This document shows positions 7,997 through 16,914 of a stretch of DNA of 25,534 nt, piece after piece. Numbering within the stretch: the first letter of the stretch is position 1; every line of letters begins with the position of its first letter. The stretch is from a virus. Lineage: Duplodnaviria > Heunggongvirae > Uroviricota > Caudoviricetes. A program made the translations under genes and the position numbers. The DNA is taken from IMG/VR virus record IMGVR_UViG_2778261167_000011, positions 1 to 25,534 of that record. One strand, given 5' to 3'. The notes under the pieces were generated by a model. That model was not told the DNA's origin. It made no database searches and worked only from the letters and a program-made list of their open reading frames with translations.

Positions 7997-8647
7997 TCAG
8001 CGGCTGTCATTGCGCAGTCTGCGCTCCAGCTGCTGTTTGTCTTTTTTCACGCCACAGCGGGGATCGAGCTGTAACGCATGGTTGAGATGATTAAGGGCGG
8101 AAGCCGGATTGCTTTCACTCAGGACAGCGCCAATCGCTTTATGCAGACGCGCCCGTGACTGGTCCGGCATATCCAGACCGTCTGTCAGCTCCAGCGTCTG
8201 CAGCAACAGATCGGCATCAAAGCCGGTAGCGGCAAGCATTGCGCTCTGCGCTGCATCTGCCATTTCCTCTGCCAGCACGGTCTGCACGTTGCGGTTACCC
8301 AGAGGCATCACCCAGCCATGACGCAGGGCATGACGCCCGATCTCCAGCGCCCCGGCATAATCTCCGGCATCAATGCGCCACAGCATCACGTACATCAGCA
8401 CGTCATCCTGTTGAGCGCCTCCGGCAGCCAGGACGCCCTCCGCCCAGGCGGCATATTTCGGCAGCAGCTCCACCTTTATTTCCGCTTTTTTCACCGTGGA
8501 CTGAACGCCCTTGAGACGGCGGCGGTCTTCCGCCAGCTGCAGCAGCATCAGGTCATAGCCCGACGCGTGGCGAACACTGCCGCCCTCACGGGCGGCCTGT
8601 TCAGCCTGAACGCGCAGGCGATGCTGCCGTGCGGGACTCAGGCTCAT
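7997..8647 (-). CDS. M: Terminase small (endonuclease) subunit (P2 gpM-like)
   Basis: 216-aa ORF between capsid N and L; synteny with P2 M. Confidence 0.85.
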   Translation of the reverse strand: MSLSPARQHRLRVQAEQAAREGGSVRHASGYDLMLLQLAEDRRRLKGVQSTVKKAEIKVELLPKYAAWAEGVLAAGGAQQDDVLMYVMLWRIDAGDYAGALEIGRHALRHGWVMPLGNRNVQTVLAEEMADAAQSAMLAATGFDADLLLQTLELTDGLDMPDQSRARLHKAIGAVLSESNPASALNHLNHALQLDPRCGVKKDKQQLERRLRNDSR

Positions 8648-8650
8648 GGT

Positions 8651-9709
8651 TTACGCTCCGGCTTCTGCTGCGGCGGCGCTGAAATCACCAATCTGGATGT
8701 TTTCCACCAGTGCGGCGCAGCGGTAGTCCTCAACCACATAGGCTTCATTAACGGATTCAAAGTTTTCAATCCGGTCACGTTTCGGGTTGTCGATAACTGA
8801 ACGGCGGCGGGTGTCTTCCTGCCAGTAGATGGACAAGTTATCCAGACGGGTGATCAGCAGTGCATTCGGCGGGAAGAACGGCGCACGCACGGCCTGCAGG
8901 CCACCCATGCGTTTCTGACTGATGATCATATCGGCAGCGAGTTTTTCACTGTTTTCCTGCTCTTTGTTGACCAGTGGGAAATACTTGTCAGACAACAGCT
9001 CACGACCGCAAATCACCACCAGATCGTCATCGTCCTGGTAGACCACGTCGATAAGCTCATTGACGGCATCCATCACCACGGCGTCCAGGTTGGCATATTC
9101 GCCACCTTTACCGACTTTCACCGCGCCCGGTGTGGTTTCACCGCCTGTGGTGGTGCTGCCCATGACGTGATCCGGTGCATCCTCACGGATTTTCTGCAGC
9201 CAGCCTTTGTTCACATCCTGCAGCAGCGGGTTTTCACTACGGTTGGAGGTTTTCGCACGCTTCACGCCGTTAAAGCCGATCATGATGCGGTCCAGTGCCT
9301 GACGTTTCACGATGGCGTCACGGATACGCACCTGGAAATCCTGAAATTTCGCCCACAAGTCCAGCTTCGCGTAGGTCAGCACCGTGTCAAAGTTGGTCTG
9401 CTCGCATTTGTATTCCACATCGACCATCAGCGTCGGATCGACAGGTTCACGCTCTTTCGCGGTGGTATCAGTGGTTCCGGCAATGGTGCTGCCAACACCC
9501 AACCCCAGCAGCTGACCGGACTGCTCAGTCACTGGCGTGACGTTAATCAGCGTCAGGAAAGCGGCGGACTGCTGGATCTGGTCTTCCAGCGTCTGCTGTA
9601 CAGACGGCTCCACGGTGAACTTGCTGGACAGTTCTTCAACTGCCACACCGTTCAGACGCGCCAGCTGCTGCAGGTAAGCGTTAAAAGCAAAGCGGGTATT
9701 CTTCTTCAT
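8651..9709 (-). CDS. N: Major capsid protein (P2 gpN-like)
   Basis: 352-aa ORF of the size and position of P2 N, immediately downstream of the scaffold gene. Confidence 0.93.
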   Translation of the reverse strand: MKKNTRFAFNAYLQQLARLNGVAVEELSSKFTVEPSVQQTLEDQIQQSAAFLTLINVTPVTEQSGQLLGLGVGSTIAGTTDTTAKEREPVDPTLMVDVEYKCEQTNFDTVLTYAKLDLWAKFQDFQVRIRDAIVKRQALDRIMIGFNGVKRAKTSNRSENPLLQDVNKGWLQKIREDAPDHVMGSTTTGGETTPGAVKVGKGGEYANLDAVVMDAVNELIDVVYQDDDDLVVICGRELLSDKYFPLVNKEQENSEKLAADMIISQKRMGGLQAVRAPFFPPNALLITRLDNLSIYWQEDTRRRSVIDNPKRDRIENFESVNEAYVVEDYRCAALVENIQIGDFSAAAAEAGA

Positions 9710-9725
9710 CGGGTTTTGTGCTCCA

Positions 9726-10559
9726 TCAGCAATTGGTCAGAGTGTCAGCGGGGGCGTTACCGCCTGTTGCACGCTGGCGGTAGTCCTGGCGGCTGTCTTC
9801 ATGACTCAGCTTGTCCACCAGTTCGTTAAAGGCGGTTTGCTGTGCCTGCAGGGCAGTCTCCAGCTCAGACAGGCGTTCTTCCTGCTCAGACAGGGATTTT
9901 TCGGTGCGTGCGCTCAGGTTTTGCTGCTCAGTGGCGACCAGCTCCACGGCCTTATGCACATCAGAGAACCGGGCGTCATCGGACTGCTCTTTTTTGGTAA
10001 ACAGCGCCGTGACGCGGGCAAACAGGGACGGTTTGTCGTCCTGGATTTCTTCCAGTTCGATCACCGTTTCCTCTGCAGCGGTAAAGAGATTGGCAGGATT
10101 CTGCTTGCGGTTTGCCAGCGGGTTATGGGCTGCACTGGCGCTGAATGTCAGCATTTCCGTACCCAGACTGGCAGGGTCATCAGTGGCAGCCAGGCCGACC
10201 AGGTAGGCTTTGCCCGTATCAGCGAACTTCGGGCTGACTTCCATAGAGGTGAATAATTTCTGGCCTTTTTTCACCAGTTCCACCAGGGACTCCGTTGGCT
10301 CAACGTCGGCATACAGCGCCATCTTGCCTGCCAGCGGACCTTCCGTGATTTCTTCAGCAAACAGCGCCGTCACCTTGCCGTAGCGGTTAAAGGTGCTGTC
10401 CGGCAGATAAGACTTGATGTGCTCAAGGTTAATCAGCGCGGTATACACCGCCGGGTTGTAGCTGGCTGCCATCTGTTCCAGCCATTCACGCTGGATTTCG
10501 CGTCCGTCGGTGGTGGCACCTTCCACCCCGATGCGAAAACGCTTTGCTTTCACTGTCAT
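9726..10559 (-). CDS. O: Capsid scaffolding protein (P2 gpO-like)
   Basis: 277-aa ORF with an acidic coiled-coil C-terminal half; divergent from terminase P. Confidence 0.9.
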   Translation of the reverse strand: MTVKAKRFRIGVEGATTDGREIQREWLEQMAASYNPAVYTALINLEHIKSYLPDSTFNRYGKVTALFAEEITEGPLAGKMALYADVEPTESLVELVKKGQKLFTSMEVSPKFADTGKAYLVGLAATDDPASLGTEMLTFSASAAHNPLANRKQNPANLFTAAEETVIELEEIQDDKPSLFARVTALFTKKEQSDDARFSDVHKAVELVATEQQNLSARTEKSLSEQEERLSELETALQAQQTAFNELVDKLSHEDSRQDYRQRATGGNAPADTLTNC

Positions 10560-10634
10560 GAGCCGTGCTCCGTTAGAAAAAACTTACTGGAGCCTTATGG
10601 TTGCGGTGATGGGGGCAGTGAAACAATGCGCGGT

Positions 10635-10657
10635 ATTTGTACCGACAACCACACAAA
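10635..10657. promoter_or_regulatory. Dyad TTTGT-N12-ACAAA in the divergent O/P intergenic region; candidate late-activator site
   Basis: TGT (10638-10640) and ACA (10653-10655) separated by 12 nt with 5-bp symmetric arms, lying between the divergent head operons. Confidence 0.35.
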
Positions 10658-10701
10658 CCGCAGGCGGGGAAAGCCTTCATTCAAGGCTGTAGGTTTGTGC
10701 C

Positions 10702-12468
10702 ATGAACACCACACTGACACCCGCAGATCTCGATCCCCGTCGGCAGGCCATGCTGCTGTACTTTCAGGGATACCGCGTAGCCCGCATTGCTGAAATGCTG
10801 GGCGAGAAAGTTGCAACCGTTCACAGCTGGAAAAAACGCGACAAGTGGGGTGACTATGGGCCGCTGGATCAGATGCAGCTCACCACCGCCGCACGCTACT
10901 GCCAGCTCATTATGAAGGAGCACAAAGAAGGGAAAGATTTCAAAGAGATTGACCTGCTGGCGCGCCAGTCGGAGCGCCATGCGCGGATCGGCAAGTTTAA
11001 CAATGGCGGCAACGAAGCCGACTTAAACCCTAACGTCGCCAACCGCAACAAAGGCCCGCGCCGTCAGCCGGAAAAGAACGTTTTCACCGATGAACAGATT
11101 GAGAAGCTGGAAGAAATCTTCCATTCCTCCATGTTCAACTACCAGCGCCACTGGTGGGAAGCCGGAAAAACCAACCGCATCCGCAACCTGCTGAAGTCAC
11201 GCCAGATCGGCGCGACCTTCTATTTTGCCCGTGAAGCCCTGATTGACGCCCTGCTGACCGGGCGTAACCAGATTTTCCTTTCCGCCAGCAAGGCACAGGC
11301 CCACGTCTTTAAGCAGTACATCATCGACTTCGCCAAAGAAGTGGAGGTGGAGCTGAAAGGCGATCCGATGGTGCTTCCTAACGGGGCCACGCTGTACTTC
11401 CTCGGCACCAATGCCCGCACGGCCCAGAGTTACCACGGCAACCTGTATCTGGATGAATATTTCTGGATACCGAAATTCCAGGAGCTGCGCAAAGTGGCTT
11501 CCGGTATGGCTATTCACAAGAAATGGCGACAGACCTATTTTTCCACGCCATCCAGTCTGACACACAGTGCTTATCCGTTCTGGTCCGGTGCGCTGTTCAA
11601 CCGTGGGCGCAACAGAGCCGATAAGGTGGACATCGACCTGTCCCACAGCAATCTGGCCCCCGGCCTGCTGTGCGCAGACGGGCAATACCGCCAGATAGTC
11701 ACCGTGGAAGATGCGGTGCGAGGCGGCTGTAACCTGTTCGACCTTGACCAGTTGCGCATGGAGTACAGCCCTGACGAATACCAGAACTTGCTGATGTGCG
11801 AGTTCGTGGACGATCTCGCGTCCGTGTTCCCGCTCAGCGAATTGCAGGCGTGCATGGTGGACAGCTGGGAAGTCTGGACCGACTTTCATGCACTGGCCCT
11901 GCGCCCGTTTGGCTGGCGCGAAGTGTGGATCGGTTATGACCCGGCAAAAGGTACGCAGAACGGCGACAGCGCCGGATGCGTGGTGGTGGCACCGCCAGCC
12001 GTGCCAGGCGGTAAGTTCCGCATTCTTGAGCGTCACCAGTGGCGCGGAATGGACTTTCGCGCCCAGGCTGACGCCATCAAAAAACTGACCGAACAGTACA
12101 ACGTGACCTATATCGGCATCGACTCAACCGGCGTTGGTCACGGGGTTTACGAGAACGTGAAAGCGTTTTTTCCTGCCGTCCGGGAGTTTGTCTACAACCC
12201 CAACGTTAAAAACGCCCTGGTACTCAAGGCCTACGACATTATCAGCCACCGCCGTCTTGAGTTTGACGCCGGGCACACCGACATTGCGCAGTCATTCATG
12301 GCAATCCGTCGCGCCACCACCGCCAGCGGCAACCGCCCGACCTATGAAGCCAGCCGCAGCGAAGAAGCCAGCCATGCCGATCTGGCCTGGGCAACAATGC
12401 ACGCACTGTTTAACGAACCACTGCAGGGCGAGTCCGCCAATACCAGCAATATTGTGGAGATTTTTTGA
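10702..12468 (+). CDS. P: Terminase large (ATPase) subunit (P2 gpP-like)
   Basis: 588-aa ORF divergent from O and followed by the portal gene with overlapping stop/start (TGATG). Confidence 0.93.
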   Translation: MNTTLTPADLDPRRQAMLLYFQGYRVARIAEMLGEKVATVHSWKKRDKWGDYGPLDQMQLTTAARYCQLIMKEHKEGKDFKEIDLLARQSERHARIGKFNNGGNEADLNPNVANRNKGPRRQPEKNVFTDEQIEKLEEIFHSSMFNYQRHWWEAGKTNRIRNLLKSRQIGATFYFAREALIDALLTGRNQIFLSASKAQAHVFKQYIIDFAKEVEVELKGDPMVLPNGATLYFLGTNARTAQSYHGNLYLDEYFWIPKFQELRKVASGMAIHKKWRQTYFSTPSSLTHSAYPFWSGALFNRGRNRADKVDIDLSHSNLAPGLLCADGQYRQIVTVEDAVRGGCNLFDLDQLRMEYSPDEYQNLLMCEFVDDLASVFPLSELQACMVDSWEVWTDFHALALRPFGWREVWIGYDPAKGTQNGDSAGCVVVAPPAVPGGKFRILERHQWRGMDFRAQADAIKKLTEQYNVTYIGIDSTGVGHGVYENVKAFFPAVREFVYNPNVKNALVLKAYDIISHRRLEFDAGHTDIAQSFMAIRRATTASGNRPTYEASRSEEASHADLAWATMHALFNEPLQGESANTSNIVEIF

Positions 12469-13493
12469 TGGGAAAGAGTAAGAAGAACCGCGCTGCGGCG
12501 ACGAAACAGATCCAGCATAAAAACCAGACTTCAGCCGAAGCATTCAGCTTCGGTGATCCCGTTCCTGTTCTGGACCGCCGCGAACTGCTGGACTATGTGG
12601 AATGCGTACAGATGGACCGTTGGTATGAGCCACCAGTGAGTTTCGACGGCCTGGCGCGAACCTTCCGCGCCGCCGTACACCACAGCTCACCGATTGCAGT
12701 AAAGTGCAACATTCTGACCAGCACCTATATCCCTCACCCGTTGCTCAGCCAGCAGGCTTTTTCACGTTTTGTGCAGGACTATCTGGTATTTGGTAATGCC
12801 TACCTGGAGAAACGCACGAACCGCTTCGGTGAAGTTATCGCCCTTGAACCTGCCCTGGCAAAATACACTCGACGCGGATTAGACCTGGATACCTACTGGT
12901 TTGTGCAATACGGTATGGCAACCCAGCCGTATCAGTTCACGAAAGGCAGCATCTTTCATCTGATGGAACCGGATATTAATCAGGAGATCTACGGCCTGCC
13001 TGGCTATCTTTCTGCTATTCCATCCGCTCTGCTCAACGAGTCCGCCACGCTGTTCCGCCGGAAGTATTACATTAACGGCAGTCATGCAGGCTTCATCATG
13101 TACATGACCGATGCCGCGCAAAACCAGGAGGATGTGAACAACCTCCGCAACGCAATGAAAAGCGCCAAAGGACCGGGTAACTTCCGCAACCTGTTTATGT
13201 ACTCGCCTAACGGCAAAAAGGATGGGCTTCAGATCATTCCTCTGTCAGAAGTCGCGGCGAAGGATGAGTTTCTGAATATCAAGAACGTGAGCCGGGACGA
13301 CATGATGGCGGCGCACCGCGTACCGCCGCAAATGATGGGGATTATGCCTAGCAATGTCGGGGGGTTTGGGGATGTAGAGAAAGCTAGTAAGGTATTTGTG
13401 CGGAATGAGCTTTTACCTTTGCAAAAATTGATGCAAGCGCTTAATTGTTGGCTGGATGAAAATATAATTACATTTAATAAATATATTTTGTAG
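12468..13493 (+). CDS. Q: Portal protein (P2 gpQ-like)
   Basis: Start placed at ATG 12468 overlapping the P stop (track ORF starts at a TTG at 12465); size and position match P2 Q. Confidence 0.93.
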   Translation: MGKSKKNRAAATKQIQHKNQTSAEAFSFGDPVPVLDRRELLDYVECVQMDRWYEPPVSFDGLARTFRAAVHHSSPIAVKCNILTSTYIPHPLLSQQAFSRFVQDYLVFGNAYLEKRTNRFGEVIALEPALAKYTRRGLDLDTYWFVQYGMATQPYQFTKGSIFHLMEPDINQEIYGLPGYLSAIPSALLNESATLFRRKYYINGSHAGFIMYMTDAAQNQEDVNNLRNAMKSAKGPGNFRNLFMYSPNGKKDGLQIIPLSEVAAKDEFLNIKNVSRDDMMAAHRVPPQMMGIMPSNVGGFGDVEKASKVFVRNELLPLQKLMQALNCWLDENIITFNKYIL

Positions 13494-13508
13494 TTCCTGT
13501 TTATAATT

Positions 13509-13530
13509 AACGCCTGCCTGAGCAGGCGTT
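13509..13530. terminator. Bidirectional intrinsic terminator between convergent Q and the DUF262 gene
   Basis: Perfect hairpin AACGCCTGC-ctga-GCAGGCGTT with A/T-rich flanks on both sides. Confidence 0.6.
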
Positions 13531-13533
13531 CTT

Positions 13534-15315
13534 TCATTTAAAACGTGTTGCAATATCTGCTGCTTCGATAACTGTTGCTTTTACGGTATTATCGCCAGCA
13601 CGATAATAAATATCCCCATCATAACTAGAATAAGATGCTAGAAGTGGAATTGTAATAACTATAACTCCATAACCATAAAAGTCATTATAGTCAATCAAAC
13701 TCACCACTTGTGATTTAAGAGGCTCACTCAAAGCAGATTTTTTCAACTCATCGCAAAAACGTCTATAATATTCTTCCATTGATATGCCGAGTTTAATAGC
13801 TTCTCTTTTAACACCAACAACACTTCTCTCACCAACTACATGTGCATCTATATCATCAAGCTCTTTTACTCTACTTGTATCACTTGGTTTATCTGTTACA
13901 CCAAGCAATAACTTACCAACTACACCGTTCTTGTTACCTTTACCGATGTTAGCAATAGCACAAATTGTGGAGAATATTTTCTCATGAATGCCATCATCAA
14001 TAGTTCGCTCTCCGCCTAACATCAACAAACCCTGTTTCAGTTCATAATTTGCAAGCTCTATTTCAGATCTTCGTAAAATATCCTCAATATCCACCGTATT
14101 GTGAGAATTATAGATATGACTGCTATCGGCGCTATCAATAAAGTTATCTTTAATCAAGCCTATGATAGAATTAATATTCTTTCTTCTCTCTTCCCCACCA
14201 GTAGCAGATCTTTTAGTATCTAGTCGAGTGACTATATTATTAAGATTGTCTTTTACACCTTTATAATTATTAATCTTCTTATTTTCTTTAATGAGTAATT
14301 CATGAAAAGCAATAAATAACACAGCAAATATGGCTGGGAAAGCATTTGTAGTACGTTTAGTAAAGATTAAATCCCTGAGTTTAATTTCACCGTCACTATT
14401 ACATACTTTTGTTATTTCCTGGATGCAGAATTTAAACTCTTCTGCAAATTTTCCTTCACCATAAACATTAATAGCAGAGCTAATACGACTATACTCTTCA
14501 TCTTCATTATTATAAATCTGATCAAGCGCATCTTTGGAACGATCTATTAACTTACCTCCAACAATACAAGCTGCTATATCTGCAATGCATTGCTCATCCA
14601 TACTGTCACGAAGGTCTGTTGAACGTAAGATCCCATGTTTTACCCAAAATACTTCTTCCGACTGAATTTGGTAACCATGTTTAGTTAGTGGCAAATCAAT
14701 GCTAATAGACGGCATTTGCTCTAAAAGCAATATGTCGTCAGATACATCCCCCCTGATAGAACAGGCAATATCCCTAACCATATTTGAAAATTTATTTTGT
14801 ATACCAGCCTGGCGCCTTTCTTGATCACTAAGTCTATGCCCGTATGTATTAATTCTATCAAAAACATCATTTATTTCGTTCTCAGTCGCATTACGCATAA
14901 TGGACATTGCAAGAGAATAATCCAATAACTGAGTAACCTCACGCTGACTTAAAAGATTATCAGCTTTCACTGCAACAAACTTACCTTCATCCGCTCGATT
15001 TTTCGCTGTGGGAAAAGCGTCCAGATTAAAACGTTTTCCATCAAGTGATTCATATCCTGTTTCGATGAAAGACATTATTGCATGTAATCTTTGTAGGCCA
15101 TCAATTATTTCATATGTGCCAGGATCATTTTCCCTTTCCGCGAGAAGAACTGCAGGAATTGGATATTTTTTTTGAATGGATTCAATTAATTTTTGTTTCT
15201 CTATTGCAGTCCAAACTAATTTTCGTTGATAACGTCTATTAACAAATATCTTACCTTCAGTAAACCATGAATAAATAGTTTGTATAGAAGTTGTTTGCGG
15301 TAATAGTTCAGCCAT
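13534..15315 (-). CDS. DUF262 / ParB-like nuclease-domain protein, 593 aa, AT-rich cargo gene
   Basis: ATG at 15315 with AAGGA RBS; N-terminal YEIIDGLQRL (DGQxR-type) motif characteristic of DUF262 as in GmrSD/BrxU/SspE/DndB N-domains; C-terminal ~350 aa unassigned. Composition is much more AT-rich than the flanking phage genes. Confidence 0.8.
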   Translation of the reverse strand: MAELLPQTTSIQTIYSWFTEGKIFVNRRYQRKLVWTAIEKQKLIESIQKKYPIPAVLLAERENDPGTYEIIDGLQRLHAIMSFIETGYESLDGKRFNLDAFPTAKNRADEGKFVAVKADNLLSQREVTQLLDYSLAMSIMRNATENEINDVFDRINTYGHRLSDQERRQAGIQNKFSNMVRDIACSIRGDVSDDILLLEQMPSISIDLPLTKHGYQIQSEEVFWVKHGILRSTDLRDSMDEQCIADIAACIVGGKLIDRSKDALDQIYNNEDEEYSRISSAINVYGEGKFAEEFKFCIQEITKVCNSDGEIKLRDLIFTKRTTNAFPAIFAVLFIAFHELLIKENKKINNYKGVKDNLNNIVTRLDTKRSATGGEERRKNINSIIGLIKDNFIDSADSSHIYNSHNTVDIEDILRRSEIELANYELKQGLLMLGGERTIDDGIHEKIFSTICAIANIGKGNKNGVVGKLLLGVTDKPSDTSRVKELDDIDAHVVGERSVVGVKREAIKLGISMEEYYRRFCDELKKSALSEPLKSQVVSLIDYNDFYGYGVIVITIPLLASYSSYDGDIYYRAGDNTVKATVIEAADIATRFK

Positions 15316-15449
15316 GAAACAAATTCCTTCTTCTGGATAGAATTTTATAATATAGAAACTGAAAAGGTTAAGTTACCATCAAAAATGATGATAGCAACAA
15401 AAAGATACCATTTTGTAATTTTTTGTTCAGATTTTCATATCAGAGCGCG

Positions 15450-15468
15450 CTCGTATCCCCGCCACGCC
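15450..15468 (-). other. Putative cos (cohesive end) core
   Basis: Minus strand reads GGCGTGGCGGGGATACGAG followed by GCGCGCTCTGA. From memory, this resembles the 19-nt P2/186 cohesive ends (GGCG(A/T)GGCGGGGAAAGCA...) and the following GCGCGCTGA. Orientation relative to Q is as in P2. Confidence 0.45.
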
Positions 15469-15999
15469 TGCCCGCTTTATGTAGTAGTTTTCATGCACCT
15501 GCATGACATGAGCAAAAGCCCGCCAGTTCTGGCATGTCTTAGCCAAACCGATCCTCAAACGATCATGCGAACTCATGCAGCATAGACATGCATGACATGA
15601 AAATCGGTCAAACCTTGAAACCAGTCATAAATATGAGCCAGCTTAATACACACTAAATAGCTGCGTCTAATACTGCTACACCTGCCGTTTACTGACATGT
15701 GGCATGTCGCGTAAGGACAACATACTGTAGGCCAGATACAGCAGGATCAGGCGAAGAAAACGGCCCCACGCCTTACCCAGCAAGAGCCAAGGGCCAAGGG
15801 CTAACCGAAAGTGGAACACTATTCCGCGCAGTTATTTAGTGTCAGCTCTTTTGAGCTAAAATCAAGTTTCAACATGAGGGTCTGTGCAGGCTTTCTCATC
15901 CCGCTAATTTATACAGCACACCTATATATGGCTATGAGTTTGTCATGCCCGCTAATCCTGTTAGGATTAGCCTTGTTTTTTTACGATTGGGATAGGGAT

Positions 16000-16806
16000 A
16001 TGAAGAAATTAACTGGCGTAATTGCTTTTGCTCTGCTGCTTACTGCTTGTGACAAACCGAAGATCGATGCATCAAGCGATCAGTCGATGAAAGAGTCCAT
16101 TCAAAAAGTAAGAGAGTCCTTACCTGCAGATAAAAAAGCTCAGTTCGATGATGCAGTTAAAGTCGTTGCCTTTAGCCAAATCAACATGAGAGAGCTAATG
16201 CAGGCTGGAACGTCTTCTGGGGACGTCTACGAAACAAAAATTAAGTCAGCGTTGGAAGGTAAAACTGGTGATGAGGTTATAAATTACGCACAAACTATTC
16301 GCCTTGAGCGTGAGAAGAGAGAGAAAGAACAGGCTCTGCAAGAAATAAAAGAACTGGAAGCCAAACAAACCTCTGCAACACAGGCTGCGGAAAAAATGAA
16401 AGCCTTCAAGGTCGAACGTTCCCGTTTTTATTTCCAGAAAGAGGATTACGGCAATGATCAGCCAATTCTGGATATTAGCGTTGAAAACGGAACAGACAAA
16501 GCGGTTGCCAGAGTATTCTTCAAAGGAGTTATTGCCAGCCCAGGAAGAAGCGTCCCTTGGTTCTCTGACGTCTTCAACTATAAAATTTCTGGAGGTCTGG
16601 AACCAGGTGAGAAAGCCAACTGGAAATTAGCCCCTAATAGATACTCTGATTGGGGAAAACTTAAAGTTCCGGCTGATGCTATATTTACCGTCACAGTCAT
16701 TGGCCTTGAAGACGCAGATGGGAAATCGATCTATGGTGACGCCGAGTTTTCAGAACGCGATGCTGACAGACTGAATCAACTTAGAGATAAGTACCTTTCT
16801 AAATAA
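16000..16806 (+). CDS. Lipoprotein of unknown function (cargo gene)
   Basis: Start placed at ATG 16000 (MKKLTGVIAFALLLTACDK: signal peptide plus lipobox LLTAC). The track ORF extends upstream to a GTG at 15811. Charged coiled-coil-like middle region (EREKREKEQALQEIKELEAKQ). Confidence 0.75.
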   Translation: MKKLTGVIAFALLLTACDKPKIDASSDQSMKESIQKVRESLPADKKAQFDDAVKVVAFSQINMRELMQAGTSSGDVYETKIKSALEGKTGDEVINYAQTIRLEREKREKEQALQEIKELEAKQTSATQAAEKMKAFKVERSRFYFQKEDYGNDQPILDISVENGTDKAVARVFFKGVIASPGRSVPWFSDVFNYKISGGLEPGEKANWKLAPNRYSDWGKLKVPADAIFTVTVIGLEDADGKSIYGDAEFSERDADRLNQLRDKYLSK

Positions 16807-16914
16807 TCAAAATTAAAGCTACTTCAGCATAGTCCCTGAGAATATATATCAGGGACTACCAAATCACGGCAGATACCCCTTAGTTAAATAATGCTAAACG
16901 CTTAGAAAGAGACC

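Noticed and set aside
10696-10713. Third TGT-N12-ACA match overlapping the P start codon
   Set aside because: No extended symmetry and sits on the start codon; chance occurrence is expected at this frequency.
11197-12036. 279-aa minus-strand ORF inside terminase P
   Set aside because: Antisense to a strongly supported terminase gene; typical long shadow ORF in GC-rich coding DNA.
15385-15585. 66-aa plus-strand ORF across the putative cos region
   Set aside because: Spans the cos-like core and CATG repeats; no RBS; region is better explained as a non-coding packaging site.
15811-15999. Upstream GTG-initiated extension of the first lipoprotein ORF
   Set aside because: Non-ATG start with no RBS; the ATG at 16000 gives a canonical signal peptide plus lipobox. 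Kept as a regulatory-leader observation instead.
16831-16857. Perfect 9-bp inverted repeat AGTCCCTGA-gaatatata-TCAGGGACT between the two lipoprotein genes
   Set aside because: Not followed by a T-run, so not called as an intrinsic terminator; may be an RNA processing or stability element, but evidence is insufficient.
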